64,000 nucleotides of DNA from Candidatus Eiseniibacteriota bacterium (GCA_965224245.1 OZ245046.1:448001-512000), one strand, 5' to 3'. Numbered from the stretch's first letter, positions 49,765 to 60,230 are shown. Numbers and translations are program-made. Notes: a model not told the origin generated them from the letters alone.

Positions 49765-52700
49765 TTGCGTCTCGACTCGATAAAGCTGTTCGGGTTCAAG
49801 TCGTTCGCCGGCAAGGTGTCGGTGAAGCTCGGTGACGGGATCACCGGCGTCCTCGGACCGAACGGATGCGGAAAGTCGAACATCGCCGATGCGATCCGGT
49901 GGGTTCTCGGCGAGCAGTCGGCCAAGCACCTGCGCGGCAGCTCCATGGAGGACGTCATCTTCAAGGGGACGCGCGATCGCGCGCCGCTCGGCGTGGCCGA
50001 GGTCTTCCTGCACATCAAGAACGACAAGGGCCTGATGCCGATCGACTACACCGACGTGTCGGTCGGGCGACGCCTCTACCGCTCCGGACAGAGCGAGTAT
50101 CTGCTGAACAAGACGCCGTGTCGGCTGAAGGACATCCGCGGCCTGTTCCTGGATTCGGGCCTCGGCGTGCAGGCGTACTCGATCTTCGAACGCGAGATGA
50201 TCGACGAGATCCTCAACGACAACTCGACCAGGCGGCGCGAGATGTTCGAAGAGGCGTCGGGCATCATGAAGTACAAGATGCGCCGCAAGGAGGCCCTGCG
50301 GAAGCTCGATTCATCCAATCGCGACCTCGAGCGCGTCAACGACACGATCAGCGTGATCGATCGCGAGGTGCGCTCGCTGTCGCGCCAGGTCGGGCGCGCG
50401 CGGCGCTATCGCCGCCTCAAGCAGACGTACCGGGATCTCGACGTGGCCGCGAGCGCGCGCCGGGTCGCCCGGATCGGCGAACGCCGCCGCGAGCTCGAGC
50501 GGGGCCTCTCGGATGCGTCCGGTCACGAGACCGGGTTCAGCGCCGAGCTGCGCACCGGTGAGGCCGCGGTCGAAGCGCTGCGGCTCCAACTGCTGGAGCT
50601 GGGTGACGAGCTGTCCGGGGCGCGCGCCGGGCACGCCGAGCTCAAGGAGCAGGTGGCGGGGCGCCGGCAGCGTGTCGAGGTGCTCGTCGAGCGCCGCGAG
50701 GGGCTGGCTCGCTCGATCACCGAGCTGACCGGGCGAGCCGAGGAGGAAGGCATTCGATCGGTTCAGCTCCAGCGCGAGATCGAGATCTGCGAGCGCGAGC
50801 GGACCGAGGCCGAGACGGTGGCCTCCGAGCGCGAGCGGTCGCTCGAGCGAGAAGAGAGCGCGCTGGCCGCGCTCGAGTCCTCGCTCGGCGAGGAGCGCCG
50901 CCGGCTGGGTGATCTCCAGCAGCTCACGCTCGACCTGCGCGAACGCGCCACGCGCAACCAGCACGAGCTGGCGCGTGAGCGCACGCGCCTGGAGGAGATG
51001 GGTCTCCGGCGCGAGCGACTGGAATCGGACCGGCTCGAGAACCTCAACCGCGGAGCGTCGCTTCGCGAGCGCCTGGAGTCCCGGACCCGCGAGCGCCGGG
51101 AGATCGACGAGCGCGTGCAGGCGTCGACCGCCGCCATCGACGCGCTGGAGACCGATCGCAAGTCGTGCGCGGAGGAGATCGATCATGCGCGCGAGCATCT
51201 CCGCGAGGTGGGACGCGAACGCGCGACCATCGCCAGCCGCCTGGACACGCTCGAGGAGCTGCGCAAGAGCTACGAGGGCTACGACCAGGGTGTGCGTACG
51301 CTCCTCCTGTCTCCGCCCGACGGCGTCATCGGAGCCCTCACCGAGCTGATCGAGACCGATGCGTCGCTCTCCGGTGCGCTCGAGGCCGGCCTCGGCGATG
51401 CGATGCAGGCGGTGGTGGTCCGCGACGGCGGCGTGGCCGAACGCTGCCTCTCGCAGCTCTCGGCGAGTGAGCAGGGGCGGGCGACGTTCTGTCCAGTGCA
51501 TGAGATGTCCGAGATGCCACCACCGCGGCCGACGATCTCCGGCGACTGTCTGGCCGACCGGGTCTCGCCGCGCGACGCGGCGATGGCGCCGGTGATCGAG
51601 GCGATCCTCGGCCGCACGTTTCTCGCCGCCGATGCGGCCGAGGCGCGGGCACGCTCGCGCGAGCACGCGGGCACGACGTGGGTCACGAGAGCAGGTGAAG
51701 CGTTCCACGAGGACCGCCGCGTCTCGGGGGGATCGGCCGCCATCGGACGGCGCCTGATCATGCGGGAGACCGAGATCTCACGGCTCGAAGCCGAGGACGC
51801 GCGGCTGGCCCGAGAGCTGGCCGCGCAGGAGGAGGCCGTGGAGGCGCTCCGGGCGAGGCTGACCGACCTCGACGAGCGCCTCGGCGGCGCGCGCGAGGAC
51901 GTGACCGAGGTCCGCGCCGAGCAGGCCGACGCCCACGAGGCGGTGCGCCGCCTCGAGATCGAGCTCGGCCTCACCGAGGAGGAGGCGCGCGGCATCTCCA
52001 GCGAGCTCGAGTCGCTGGCCGCCACCGTGGACGCGATCAGTCAGCGCATTCGCGAGTGGGAGAACGTGGCCGATCGCGCCGAGGCGGAGGGGGCCGAGCA
52101 CGCGAGCGAGTGGGACTCCGTCGCGGCGCGCGTCGAGGTGCTGGACGCCGATCGCGAGGCCAAGCTGAAGGTCGTGGGGGACCTGCGGGTCAGCTTCGTG
52201 CAGGCCAGCGCCGAGCTGCAGTCTTGCCGCGCGCGGCACGAGCGGCTCGTGGCCGACCGGGATGCGTCCGAGGCGTCGGGCGGGGACTTCCGCCGGCGCA
52301 TCGACGAGGCCCGCATCCAGACCGACGAGATCGCGTCCGAGCTGGCCGAGCTGGAGTCGTCGCTCGAGGGCGCCGGCGAGGCCATCGAGACCGCGGGCAC
52401 GAAGGTGGACACGCTGTCCGCGCGCGAGGCCGATCTCCGCAATCAGTGGGGCGAGCGCGACCAGGTTCTGCAGCGGCTCCGGCGCCAGGTCACCGAGGCC
52501 CGCGACGAGATGCACAAGCTCGAGCTGGAGCTCTCGTCGCTGAGCGGTGAGGGGCAGCGCGTCCGGGATCACCTCTTCGACGAGCATCGTGTCGTCTTGC
52601 TGGACGAGACCGACGATGCGGGGATCCCGCTGATCGTGCGGCACGAGCGCCGCCGGGTCGTCGTCGAGCGACCCGACGGCAGCCGCGAGACGGGTGCCCC

Positions 52701-53634
52701 GGTCCTGAACGGCTCTCCGGCCGGGGCGGCGGCCGAGAACGGTCACGCGCCGTCGATCACGGACGTCGTGGGGCGCGGTACCGGTGAGGCGGACGGTGCG
52801 AGCCCGCCGGCGCCGGATGGGACCGACACGGCGGGCGACGTCGACGACCCGACGGGCGAGGGGCCGCGGACGCACGAAGAGGTCGTCGTGACCGACCCCA
52901 TGCCGGCCGATCCGCCGCCGGCGTTCCGCGACCGCCCGGAGGACGAGTGGGTGTCCGAGCTGGAGACCGTGCGCGACCAGGTCAAGAACTTCGGTCCGGT
53001 CAACGAGATGGCCGTCGAGGACTACGAGCTCAAGAAGGAGCGGCTCGACTTCCTGCGCGGTCAGCACGACGATCTGATCGCCGCACGGGACGCGCTCCTG
53101 GAGACGATTCGCAAGGTCAATCGCGAAGCCCGCGAGCGGTTCATGGCCACGTTCTCCCTGGCCAAGGAGAACTTCTCACGCCTGCACGGGATCCTGTTCC
53201 CCGGCGGCTTCGCCGAGCTGAAGCTCGAGGGCGACGACCCGCTCGAGGGTGACATCCTGATGGTGGCGCGTCCGAAGGGCAAGCGGGTCGAGTCGATCAA
53301 GCTGCTCTCGAGCGGCGAGCGCGCGCTGACGGCGCTGGCGCTGATCTTCGCGGTGTATCTGATCAAGCCGTCCCCATTCTGCATTCTCGACGAGGTCGAC
53401 GCACCGCTCGACGATGCAAACATCGATCGCTTCGTGGATCTGATCCGCGAGTTCAGCGGCAAGACGCAGTTCATCATGATCACGCACAACAAGCGGACCA
53501 TGGAGGCGTGCGACGCCCTGTACGGCGTGACGATGCAGGACCCGGGTGTTTCGAAGCTGGTCTCGGTGCAGCTGCACGACGGCAGTCTCCACGTCGACGG
53601 ACAGCACGCCCCCGAGTTCATCACGACCGGCTAG
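49765..53634 (+). CDS. smc: Chromosome segregation protein SMC
   Basis: GFKSF, GPNGCGKSN, coiled coils and hinge, GPVN, LDEVDAPLD, ITHN; TTG start. Confidence 0.97.
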   Translation: MRLDSIKLFGFKSFAGKVSVKLGDGITGVLGPNGCGKSNIADAIRWVLGEQSAKHLRGSSMEDVIFKGTRDRAPLGVAEVFLHIKNDKGLMPIDYTDVSVGRRLYRSGQSEYLLNKTPCRLKDIRGLFLDSGLGVQAYSIFEREMIDEILNDNSTRRREMFEEASGIMKYKMRRKEALRKLDSSNRDLERVNDTISVIDREVRSLSRQVGRARRYRRLKQTYRDLDVAASARRVARIGERRRELERGLSDASGHETGFSAELRTGEAAVEALRLQLLELGDELSGARAGHAELKEQVAGRRQRVEVLVERREGLARSITELTGRAEEEGIRSVQLQREIEICERERTEAETVASERERSLEREESALAALESSLGEERRRLGDLQQLTLDLRERATRNQHELARERTRLEEMGLRRERLESDRLENLNRGASLRERLESRTRERREIDERVQASTAAIDALETDRKSCAEEIDHAREHLREVGRERATIASRLDTLEELRKSYEGYDQGVRTLLLSPPDGVIGALTELIETDASLSGALEAGLGDAMQAVVVRDGGVAERCLSQLSASEQGRATFCPVHEMSEMPPPRPTISGDCLADRVSPRDAAMAPVIEAILGRTFLAADAAEARARSREHAGTTWVTRAGEAFHEDRRVSGGSAAIGRRLIMRETEISRLEAEDARLARELAAQEEAVEALRARLTDLDERLGGAREDVTEVRAEQADAHEAVRRLEIELGLTEEEARGISSELESLAATVDAISQRIREWENVADRAEAEGAEHASEWDSVAARVEVLDADREAKLKVVGDLRVSFVQASAELQSCRARHERLVADRDASEASGGDFRRRIDEARIQTDEIASELAELESSLEGAGEAIETAGTKVDTLSAREADLRNQWGERDQVLQRLRRQVTEARDEMHKLELELSSLSGEGQRVRDHLFDEHRVVLLDETDDAGIPLIVRHERRRVVVERPDGSRETGAPVLNGSPAGAAAENGHAPSITDVVGRGTGEADGASPPAPDGTDTAGDVDDPTGEGPRTHEEVVVTDPMPADPPPAFRDRPEDEWVSELETVRDQVKNFGPVNEMAVEDYELKKERLDFLRGQHDDLIAARDALLETIRKVNREARERFMATFSLAKENFSRLHGILFPGGFAELKLEGDDPLEGDILMVARPKGKRVESIKLLSSGERALTALALIFAVYLIKPSPFCILDEVDAPLDDANIDRFVDLIREFSGKTQFIMITHNKRTMEACDALYGVTMQDPGVSKLVSVQLHDGSLHVDGQHAPEFITTG

Positions 53635-53674
53635 AGGGGCGGGCACCGCCCGCCCGCGGGTGTGAGGCGCTGAG

Positions 53675-54778
53675 ATGAGCAAGGGCTACGAGGACGACCC
53701 CAGACGCATGTCGTTCCTCGAGCACCTCGGCGAGCTCCGGATGGTGCTCATCCACGTGGCCATCATCGTGCTGGTCGGGCTGGCCGGTGCGTGGCTGTTC
53801 TCCGGCCGCCTCCTCGATTTCCTGATCGTTCGGCTGGGTCTGGAGAACGTGCAGTTCATCAGCCCGATGGAGCCGTTCAACGCGCGCTTCAAGGTCGCCC
53901 TCATCGTGGGGCTGATGGCCGGCATGCCGGTGATCGCGTTCCGCGTCTGGGCGTTCGTGGTGCCCGCGTTGCACCGTTCCGAGCGACGGATCGTCGTACC
54001 GAGCGCGCTGGCCACGTCGTTCCTGTTCGCGGCGGGCACCGCGTTCGCGATCCTCGTGCTCACGCCGCTCATGCTGAAGCTCCTGGTCGGGTTCGGAACC
54101 GAACACGCCGAGGCCCACCTCGCGCTCGGTCCGGTGCTGGCGTTCGTGCTCCGGATGTCGCTGGCCTGCGCGCTGCTCTTCCAGCTCCCGCTCGTGCTCG
54201 CGATCACGTCGATGATCGGGCTCACGAGCCCCCGGATGCTGATGGGCAAGTGGCGTCACGCGATCGTGCTGATGTTCGTGCTGGCTGCGATCGTGACCCC
54301 GGGAGACGGGCCGTCTCAGGTGGTGCTGGCGGCGCCGCTCGTGCTCCTGTACTTCGTCAGCGTTCTCGTGTCGTGGTTGATCTGGCGCGCGCGCGGGCGC
54401 CACGCGGCCGAGCGGCGACGGTCGGCGTCGGACGCCGGCGCGCCGCCGGGTGATCCGGGTGCGCCCGACGGATCCCGTGCGCCGTCCGGCTCACCGTCGG
54501 GCCCGTCCGGCTCGTCTCGTGTACCGGCCGACGATTCCGCACCGGGTACCCGGCCCCCGGATCGCGATCCGCGCCGCCCGCGGGCGCTCACGCCGCTCGG
54601 CGCCGAACGACCGCCGGTCTCACCCGAGGACGCCGACAACGGCGAACGGCGGACGACGCCCCCCAAGGGAACGCTGGGCCGCGGCCGGCTCGAGCCGGAC
54701 GCGCGCGGCGCCTCCACACCCGAGGGCGCACCGGGCGACGTCGACCCACACGAGGGAGATCCCGATGACCGACCCTGA
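53675..54778 (+). CDS. tatC: Twin-arginine translocase TatC with long disordered C-tail
   Basis: MSFLEHLGELR, FVVPAL..SE, FQLP, AAIVTPGD. Confidence 0.94.
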   Translation: MSKGYEDDPRRMSFLEHLGELRMVLIHVAIIVLVGLAGAWLFSGRLLDFLIVRLGLENVQFISPMEPFNARFKVALIVGLMAGMPVIAFRVWAFVVPALHRSERRIVVPSALATSFLFAAGTAFAILVLTPLMLKLLVGFGTEHAEAHLALGPVLAFVLRMSLACALLFQLPLVLAITSMIGLTSPRMLMGKWRHAIVLMFVLAAIVTPGDGPSQVVLAAPLVLLYFVSVLVSWLIWRARGRHAAERRRSASDAGAPPGDPGAPDGSRAPSGSPSGPSGSSRVPADDSAPGTRPPDRDPRRPRALTPLGAERPPVSPEDADNGERRTTPPKGTLGRGRLEPDARGASTPEGAPGDVDPHEGDPDDRP

Positions 54779-55556
54779 CACACGCGCCTTCCTGGCGATC
54801 GATGCGGGAAACACGACCGTCGTGGTCGGCCTGTTCCGGGGTGAGACTCTGGAGGACAGCTGGCGTCTCTCCAGTCAGACCAGTCGCACGGGCGACGAGA
54901 TCGCTCTGACGCTGCGGGGTCTTCTTGGCGACCACGTCGACGACGTGCGCGCCGGCGGGCACGTCGGCATCGCGTCGGTCGTGCCTCAGCTCACGGTGCA
55001 TCTGGAGCGGGCGACCGAGCGGCTCTTCGGCCGGCGTGCGTTCCGGGTGACGGCCGACTCCGACCTCGGGATCCCGGTGCGGTACCAGGACCCGTCGCAG
55101 ATCGGGCCCGATCGGCTCTGCAACGCCGTCGCCGTCGGCGCCGAGCACGGACGCCCCGCGATCGTGGTCGACCTGGGCACGACGACCAACTTCGACGTCG
55201 TCGCCGAGGATGGAGCGTTCGAGGGCGGCACCATCGCCCCCGGGTACTTCTCGTCGGCCGAGGAACTGTTCCGGCGTGCGGCACGCCTGCCCCGCGTGGA
55301 GCTCGGCGCGCCGCGTTCGGCGATTGGCCGGACGACCGAGGAGGCCATCCGCTCGGGGATCGTCTACGGCACGGTGGGGCAGATCGACGGGATCGTGCGG
55401 CGGATCGCGTCGGAGATGAGCGCACAGCCGATCGTGGTGGCCACCGGCGGGCTGGCCGAGGCCGTCTTCCAGGCCTCCGAGACGATCGATCGGGTGGATC
55501 TGGCTCTCACGCTGAAGGGCATTCGCCGTGTCGCCGAGGCCGCTCCGCCCGCGTGA
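54765..55556 (+). CDS. coaX: Type III pantothenate kinase
   Basis: AIDAGNT, IGPDR, VVDLGTTT, GGTIAPG, ATGG. Confidence 0.95.
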   Translation: MTDPDTRAFLAIDAGNTTVVVGLFRGETLEDSWRLSSQTSRTGDEIALTLRGLLGDHVDDVRAGGHVGIASVVPQLTVHLERATERLFGRRAFRVTADSDLGIPVRYQDPSQIGPDRLCNAVAVGAEHGRPAIVVDLGTTTNFDVVAEDGAFEGGTIAPGYFSSAEELFRRAARLPRVELGAPRSAIGRTTEEAIRSGIVYGTVGQIDGIVRRIASEMSAQPIVVATGGLAEAVFQASETIDRVDLALTLKGIRRVAEAAPPA

Positions 55557-55772
55557 CCCGCAAAGGCGCGCCCGGCCGACGGCTGCGTCCAGCCTGCGGC
55601 GATTCATCCCGGCCGCTCTCCGCGCGGGGAGCGTCTCGCATCAGCCGAAGCCTCCGGGGCACGCGGTTCCCGTGCCTCACCCGCTCGGACCCGCCGATAC
55701 ATCCGGCGATCACCATCGATTCGCATCCCCGACGCCGGCCCGCGGCTTCGCGCGTGCGGTCAGGAGGCCAGA

Positions 55773-57821
55773 GTGGGTGGCACCAAGCGCTTCGCGGCGG
55801 GACGACTCGGCCCGATACCGGTCGCGCTGTCCGCGATCCTCGTCATCGCGAGCTGCGACCTCGAGTCCCCACAGGCGCCGACGTTCGAGACCCAGGTGAC
55901 GATCCCCATGTCCGAGCACCGGATCAGCATCGCCGAGATCATCGCCGACATCGAGGGCATCGAGGTCGACGACGACGACATCCGGCTGACCGTGTCGGGG
56001 ACGGGAGATCCGGTATCGATCGACGACGAGCTGTCGGTCTCGGTGCAAGGGACCCACGTCGACTCCGAGCTCGGCCCGTTCGAGCTGAACGAGGGTCTCG
56101 AGACCGAGGCGGTGTTCACGTTCGACGAGATCGCTCCGCCCGGAACCGTCGAGGGTACGTACCCGGTTCCGCCGTTCGCGTTCGCGCTGCCCGAGCGCAC
56201 CACTCCGGGGCTCGACGGTGTCTCGCAGGTGACGTTCGCGAGCGGATCGCTCGTGCTGACCGTCGTCAACAACCTCGCGGTCGATCTCGGCGGATGCGTC
56301 CCCGACGTCGAGGTGGAGATCCGCGACGGGGTCTCGGGGCAGACGCTCGCCACCTGGACCCCGCCGTCGGGCATCCCGGCCGGCGGCAGCGTCCAGAGCG
56401 TGGTCGACCTGGCCGGCATCACGATGTCGGACGATCTCCGGGTGACGATCAGCGGCTGCTCGCCGGGTAGCGGGACGCCGGTGGACGTGCGCTACAGCGA
56501 CACGGTCATCGTGCGAGCCTCGCTCGACGGCGTGACGGCCGAGAGCGCGCTGGCCGAGATCCCTCCCCAGGCCTTCGGCACCTCCGGGACCACGCCCTGG
56601 GACGACGACCTCGCGCTCACCGACGCCCTCGTCAGTGCGGGGAGCGCGTCGGTCGTCGTGGGGAACACGTCGCCGCTCGACGTCGACATGGAGCTGCGCT
56701 TCCCGGAGTTCACGCGCGACGGCGGCCCGCTCGGCTTCGTCCTCCGCGTGCCCGCCGCCTCCAGCCTCGAGGCCACGGTCGATTTCGCCGGGGCGAGCTT
56801 CGCGTCGCCGACCGACGTGACCGAGGCGGCGTACATGGTCTCCGCGACGACGTCGGGGTCGGGCGGGGCCGAGGTCTTCGTGACGTCCGAGGACGGCCTC
56901 GCGATCGACGTGAGCGACATCGCGCTGGAGTTCGAGTGGGTGGAGGGCACTCCCGACCCGATGGAGAAGACGTTCGGTCCGGTGACCGAGACCGTCGAGT
57001 GGCCGGAGGAGACGAACGGCTTCGCGCCCGCGGCGGCCACGGTCGTGTTCAGCGTCGCGTCCAGTGTCGGAGCGGAGGTCGCCGGCGAGATCGTCATCAC
57101 CGGGACCGACGCCGACGGGGTGGAGACGACGATCACCGAGCCGGCGACGATCGCGGCGGGATCGCTCGCGGCGCCGGTCACGACCGACGTCGTGCTCGAC
57201 GAGACGAACAGCGACATCCTCGACGTGCTGGCCGTTTTCCCGACGCGCATCGACGTGTCGGGCACGTTCGAGCTGGGCGACGGGGCGACCCCGGTTCGGC
57301 TCGAGCGTGGCGGGTCGCTGAACGCGAGCTATCAGGTGATCGTGCCGTTCGCCTTCGCGATCGGTGCCGCGTCCATCGAGCTGGATCCGTACGACGTGCA
57401 GCTCGACGCCGACATCCAGGATCTCCTGTCCGACGACGCCTCGGGCGCGACGCTGACCGCACGGCTCACCAACGGGCTTCCGTTCGGTGCGGCGGCGGTG
57501 CTCGTGTTCTCGCCCGAGCTGGAGACGCTGTTCACGAGCCCCGAACTGGAGCTGGAGCCGCTCGCGGCCGAGCCGGCCGAGGTCGACGCCGTCTCGGGCA
57601 AGACGGTCGTGGCCACCGACAGCCGGAACGTCGTCACGCTCGGGGAGGCCGATCTCCAGACGATCTCACGGCCGAGCATCTATCTCGGTGTGCGGATCGA
57701 TCTGTCCGAGAGCCCCGGCGTCGTCGTGGTCTCGCCGACCGACGAGCTGGTCGTCGAGGCGTACTTGACACTGGACGTCACCGTGAGCGACGGCGTTCTG
57801 AGCGGGAGCGATGAGGAATGA
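55773..57821 (+). CDS. Large acidic beta-rich lipoprotein of unknown function
   Basis: Lipobox IAS-C; D/E/V/T-rich, beta-strand-like sequence; RBS AGGAGG; stop overlaps the next start. Confidence 0.75.
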   Translation: MGGTKRFAAGRLGPIPVALSAILVIASCDLESPQAPTFETQVTIPMSEHRISIAEIIADIEGIEVDDDDIRLTVSGTGDPVSIDDELSVSVQGTHVDSELGPFELNEGLETEAVFTFDEIAPPGTVEGTYPVPPFAFALPERTTPGLDGVSQVTFASGSLVLTVVNNLAVDLGGCVPDVEVEIRDGVSGQTLATWTPPSGIPAGGSVQSVVDLAGITMSDDLRVTISGCSPGSGTPVDVRYSDTVIVRASLDGVTAESALAEIPPQAFGTSGTTPWDDDLALTDALVSAGSASVVVGNTSPLDVDMELRFPEFTRDGGPLGFVLRVPAASSLEATVDFAGASFASPTDVTEAAYMVSATTSGSGGAEVFVTSEDGLAIDVSDIALEFEWVEGTPDPMEKTFGPVTETVEWPEETNGFAPAAATVVFSVASSVGAEVAGEIVITGTDADGVETTITEPATIAAGSLAAPVTTDVVLDETNSDILDVLAVFPTRIDVSGTFELGDGATPVRLERGGSLNASYQVIVPFAFAIGAASIELDPYDVQLDADIQDLLSDDASGATLTARLTNGLPFGAAAVLVFSPELETLFTSPELELEPLAAEPAEVDAVSGKTVVATDSRNVVTLGEADLQTISRPSIYLGVRIDLSESPGVVVVSPTDELVVEAYLTLDVTVSDGVLSGSDEE

Positions 57822-59125
57822 GCCACCCGGACCACACATCCGCGTCACCGGCCGGCCGGACGCGCGCCGCTCTCGTGATGCTGGGTGCGATCGGGGCGAC
57901 GCTGGCCACGGGAGCCGCGGACCCCGCGCACGCGGCCGGCACGCACGCGCAGGGCATGGGCGGGGCCGCGATCGCGGTGCCCGATCCCGTTCTCAGCGGC
58001 AGGGACAACCCCGCATTCCTCGGTGTGGCGGGATCACGTGGGTTCCGCATGACGATGTTCGACGTCGGGCTCGCGCTCGGCAACAGCGCGTTCTCGCTCG
58101 ACGACTACACGACCTACAACGGCGCGACGCTCACCGAGGAGGACGAGGACGTCATCCTGGACAGCGTGGGCGACGAGGGCTGGACCCTCGGCGCGCTGGC
58201 CGAGGGGTCGGGTCCCACGGTTGCATTCGGATCGATCGCATTCGGGGCCCGCGCCATCGGCTACGGCGGCGGACGCATTCCGCGCGAGGTGCTCGAACTC
58301 GTGTTCGACGGCAACGTGCTGGGCGAGAGCGTGGACTTCAGCTCGGCGACCGGTGGTGGCTGGGCCGCCGCCGAGGTGCACGTCGCCACCGGCTTCGATC
58401 TCGGGCACCGGTACGGCGGGTCGACCGGCGTCGGCGTCCGGGCACGGTATCTCCGGGGGCTCTGGTTCGCGGGCGTCATCCACTCCGAGGGTCGGATCAC
58501 CACCGCCGTGGACTCGCTCTACGGCTCGGCGGCGCTGGACCTGCGCACCGCCACCGGCGGATCGGGCTATGCGCTGGATCTGGGCGTCGTGCACAATCGG
58601 GACCGCTGGAACCTCGGGCTCCGCATCGAGGGGCTCCTGGCCTCCATGCGGTGGAGCTCCGGGACCGAGATCCGCCGGTTCGTGGCCGAGACCGATGCGT
58701 CCGACCTGATCGACCTGGGCGGCGACGGGACGACCGACGAGAACGGCGTCGACACGCGCGAGGAACGGCTCGCCGCCGCCGCGTTCTCGTCGCGGCCACC
58801 GCTGCGGATGGGCGTCGGCGCCGCGTATCAGCTCGACGGCTGGATCTTCGCCGGAGACGTCGATCACACCGCGCTCGGCCTCTCCGTCGGGGAAGACCCG
58901 TGGCGGATCTCGGCGGGCGTCGAGCGGCTGCTGTTCGGCCGCGCGCTGAGTCTCAGGGCCGGGAGCGTCGTCGGGGGACGCGCCGGGCCGGCGGTGACCG
59001 GCGGCTTCACGACACAGGTCGGTCCGTGGCGCTTCGATCTCGACGCGGGCACGTACGCGACCCTCTCGCCGAGCGCGCCGAAGGGACTGCGCATCGCCAT
59101 CGGGAGCGCGCTCGTGTTCGGGTAG
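57818..59125 (+). CDS. FadL/TraF/DUF5723-like outer-membrane beta-barrel
   Basis: Signal AHA-A, QGMGGA...NPAFL N-terminal motif, GYALDLG, amphipathic strands, ends LVFG. Confidence 0.75.
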   Translation: MSHPDHTSASPAGRTRAALVMLGAIGATLATGAADPAHAAGTHAQGMGGAAIAVPDPVLSGRDNPAFLGVAGSRGFRMTMFDVGLALGNSAFSLDDYTTYNGATLTEEDEDVILDSVGDEGWTLGALAEGSGPTVAFGSIAFGARAIGYGGGRIPREVLELVFDGNVLGESVDFSSATGGGWAAAEVHVATGFDLGHRYGGSTGVGVRARYLRGLWFAGVIHSEGRITTAVDSLYGSAALDLRTATGGSGYALDLGVVHNRDRWNLGLRIEGLLASMRWSSGTEIRRFVAETDASDLIDLGGDGTTDENGVDTREERLAAAAFSSRPPLRMGVGAAYQLDGWIFAGDVDHTALGLSVGEDPWRISAGVERLLFGRALSLRAGSVVGGRAGPAVTGGFTTQVGPWRFDLDAGTYATLSPSAPKGLRIAIGSALVFG

Positions 59126-59146
59126 CTCCCGCGAAAGGGGCATCGG

Positions 59147-59776
59147 GTGCACGTGCCGGACGCCGTCGATCACCTCGTGTGGGGAGGGGCGGATCTGGAC
59201 GCCGAGGTCGAGCGACTCGAACGCCTCCTCGGCGTCCGTGCGGCGGTCGGCGGACGGCACCCCGGTAGGGGCACGCACAACGCGGTCATCGGGCTCGGAC
59301 CGGAGACCTATCTCGAGATCATCACCCCCGATGCCTCGCAGCCGGAGCCCGAGGGTCCCCGACCGTTCGGACTGGATTCGCTCGACACGCCGCGGCTCGT
59401 CGCGTGGTCCGTCCGCGCTTCCGATCTCGCGGCCCGGGCGCGGCGCGCGCGGGCCGCCGGCCTGCCGCTCGGACCCGTGAGCGAGATGAGTCGGCGCCGC
59501 GCCGATGGCACGCTCCTCGAGTGGACGCTGACCGCGCTCCCGACCGACGCCGTCCGGCCGGCGATCCCCTTCCTGATCGACTGGGGGCGTACGCCGCATC
59601 CCGCGGCGACGGCGCCGCCGGGCTGCCGGCTCGTCGCGCTCTCCGGGACCGATCCCGACGCGGGCCGCTGGCGCCCCTTGCTCGCGTCGATCGGCGTCCG
59701 GCTCACACTCGAGGAGGGCCCGGGGGGGCTCGCGGCCCTGGTCCGGGGCCCGGCGGGGCCGGTCGCGCTCCGCTGA
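59147..59776 (+). CDS. VOC/glyoxalase-like protein
   Basis: DHLV, GGRHPGRGTHN, YLEII, PFLIDW. Confidence 0.88.
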   Translation: MHVPDAVDHLVWGGADLDAEVERLERLLGVRAAVGGRHPGRGTHNAVIGLGPETYLEIITPDASQPEPEGPRPFGLDSLDTPRLVAWSVRASDLAARARRARAAGLPLGPVSEMSRRRADGTLLEWTLTALPTDAVRPAIPFLIDWGRTPHPAATAPPGCRLVALSGTDPDAGRWRPLLASIGVRLTLEEGPGGLAALVRGPAGPVALR

Positions 59777-59794
59777 CGGCGTCCCAACCCCTCC

Positions 59795-59824
59795 TTGACA
59801 CTCCGATCGGTCGAGACGTACGCT
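59795..59824 (+). promoter_or_regulatory. Possible sigma70 promoter for the fol/pan operon
   Basis: TTGACA-18 bp-TACGCT in an AT-richer intergenic gap. Confidence 0.5.
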
Positions 59825-59879
59825 CCTACCGGTTTGACGTGCCTCAATTCATTCTTTTTCATAGGGTTACGAGGGCACC

Positions 59880-60230
59880 GTGGGCCAGATCCGCATCGCC
59901 GACCTGAGCGTGGAGGTGCGTCTGGGCGCGCTCCCCGAGGAGCAGATCTCGCCTCAGACCGTTCAGCTCGACCTGAACATCACCACCGACGTCCGGGCCT
60001 CCGCAGGCGGGGACCGGCTCGAGGACGCGGTAAACTACATCGAGGTCGCAGAGGTCGCGCGCCGGGAGGCGAGTCGCGACTGTCACCTCCTCGAGACGCT
60101 CGTCGCGCGCGTGTGCGACGCGGTGAAGGTGCTCCCGGGGGTCGACGCCGTCGAGGTGCGCGCGCGGAAGCGCTACCTGCCGCGCATGGGTCCGGTGGGG
60201 CACGTGGAAGTCGTCATGGAGTCGTCGTGA
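59880..60230 (+). CDS. folB: Dihydroneopterin aldolase
   Basis: G.LPEEQ...Q...DL, D.LEDAVNY, LLETL. Confidence 0.88.
   Translation: MGQIRIADLSVEVRLGALPEEQISPQTVQLDLNITTDVRASAGGDRLEDAVNYIEVAEVARREASRDCHLLETLVARVCDAVKVLPGVDAVEVRARKRYLPRMGPVGHVEVVMESS

Noticed and set aside
55557-55772. Riboswitch upstream of the large lipoprotein
   Set aside because: Only short GC hairpins, with no recognisable conserved core.
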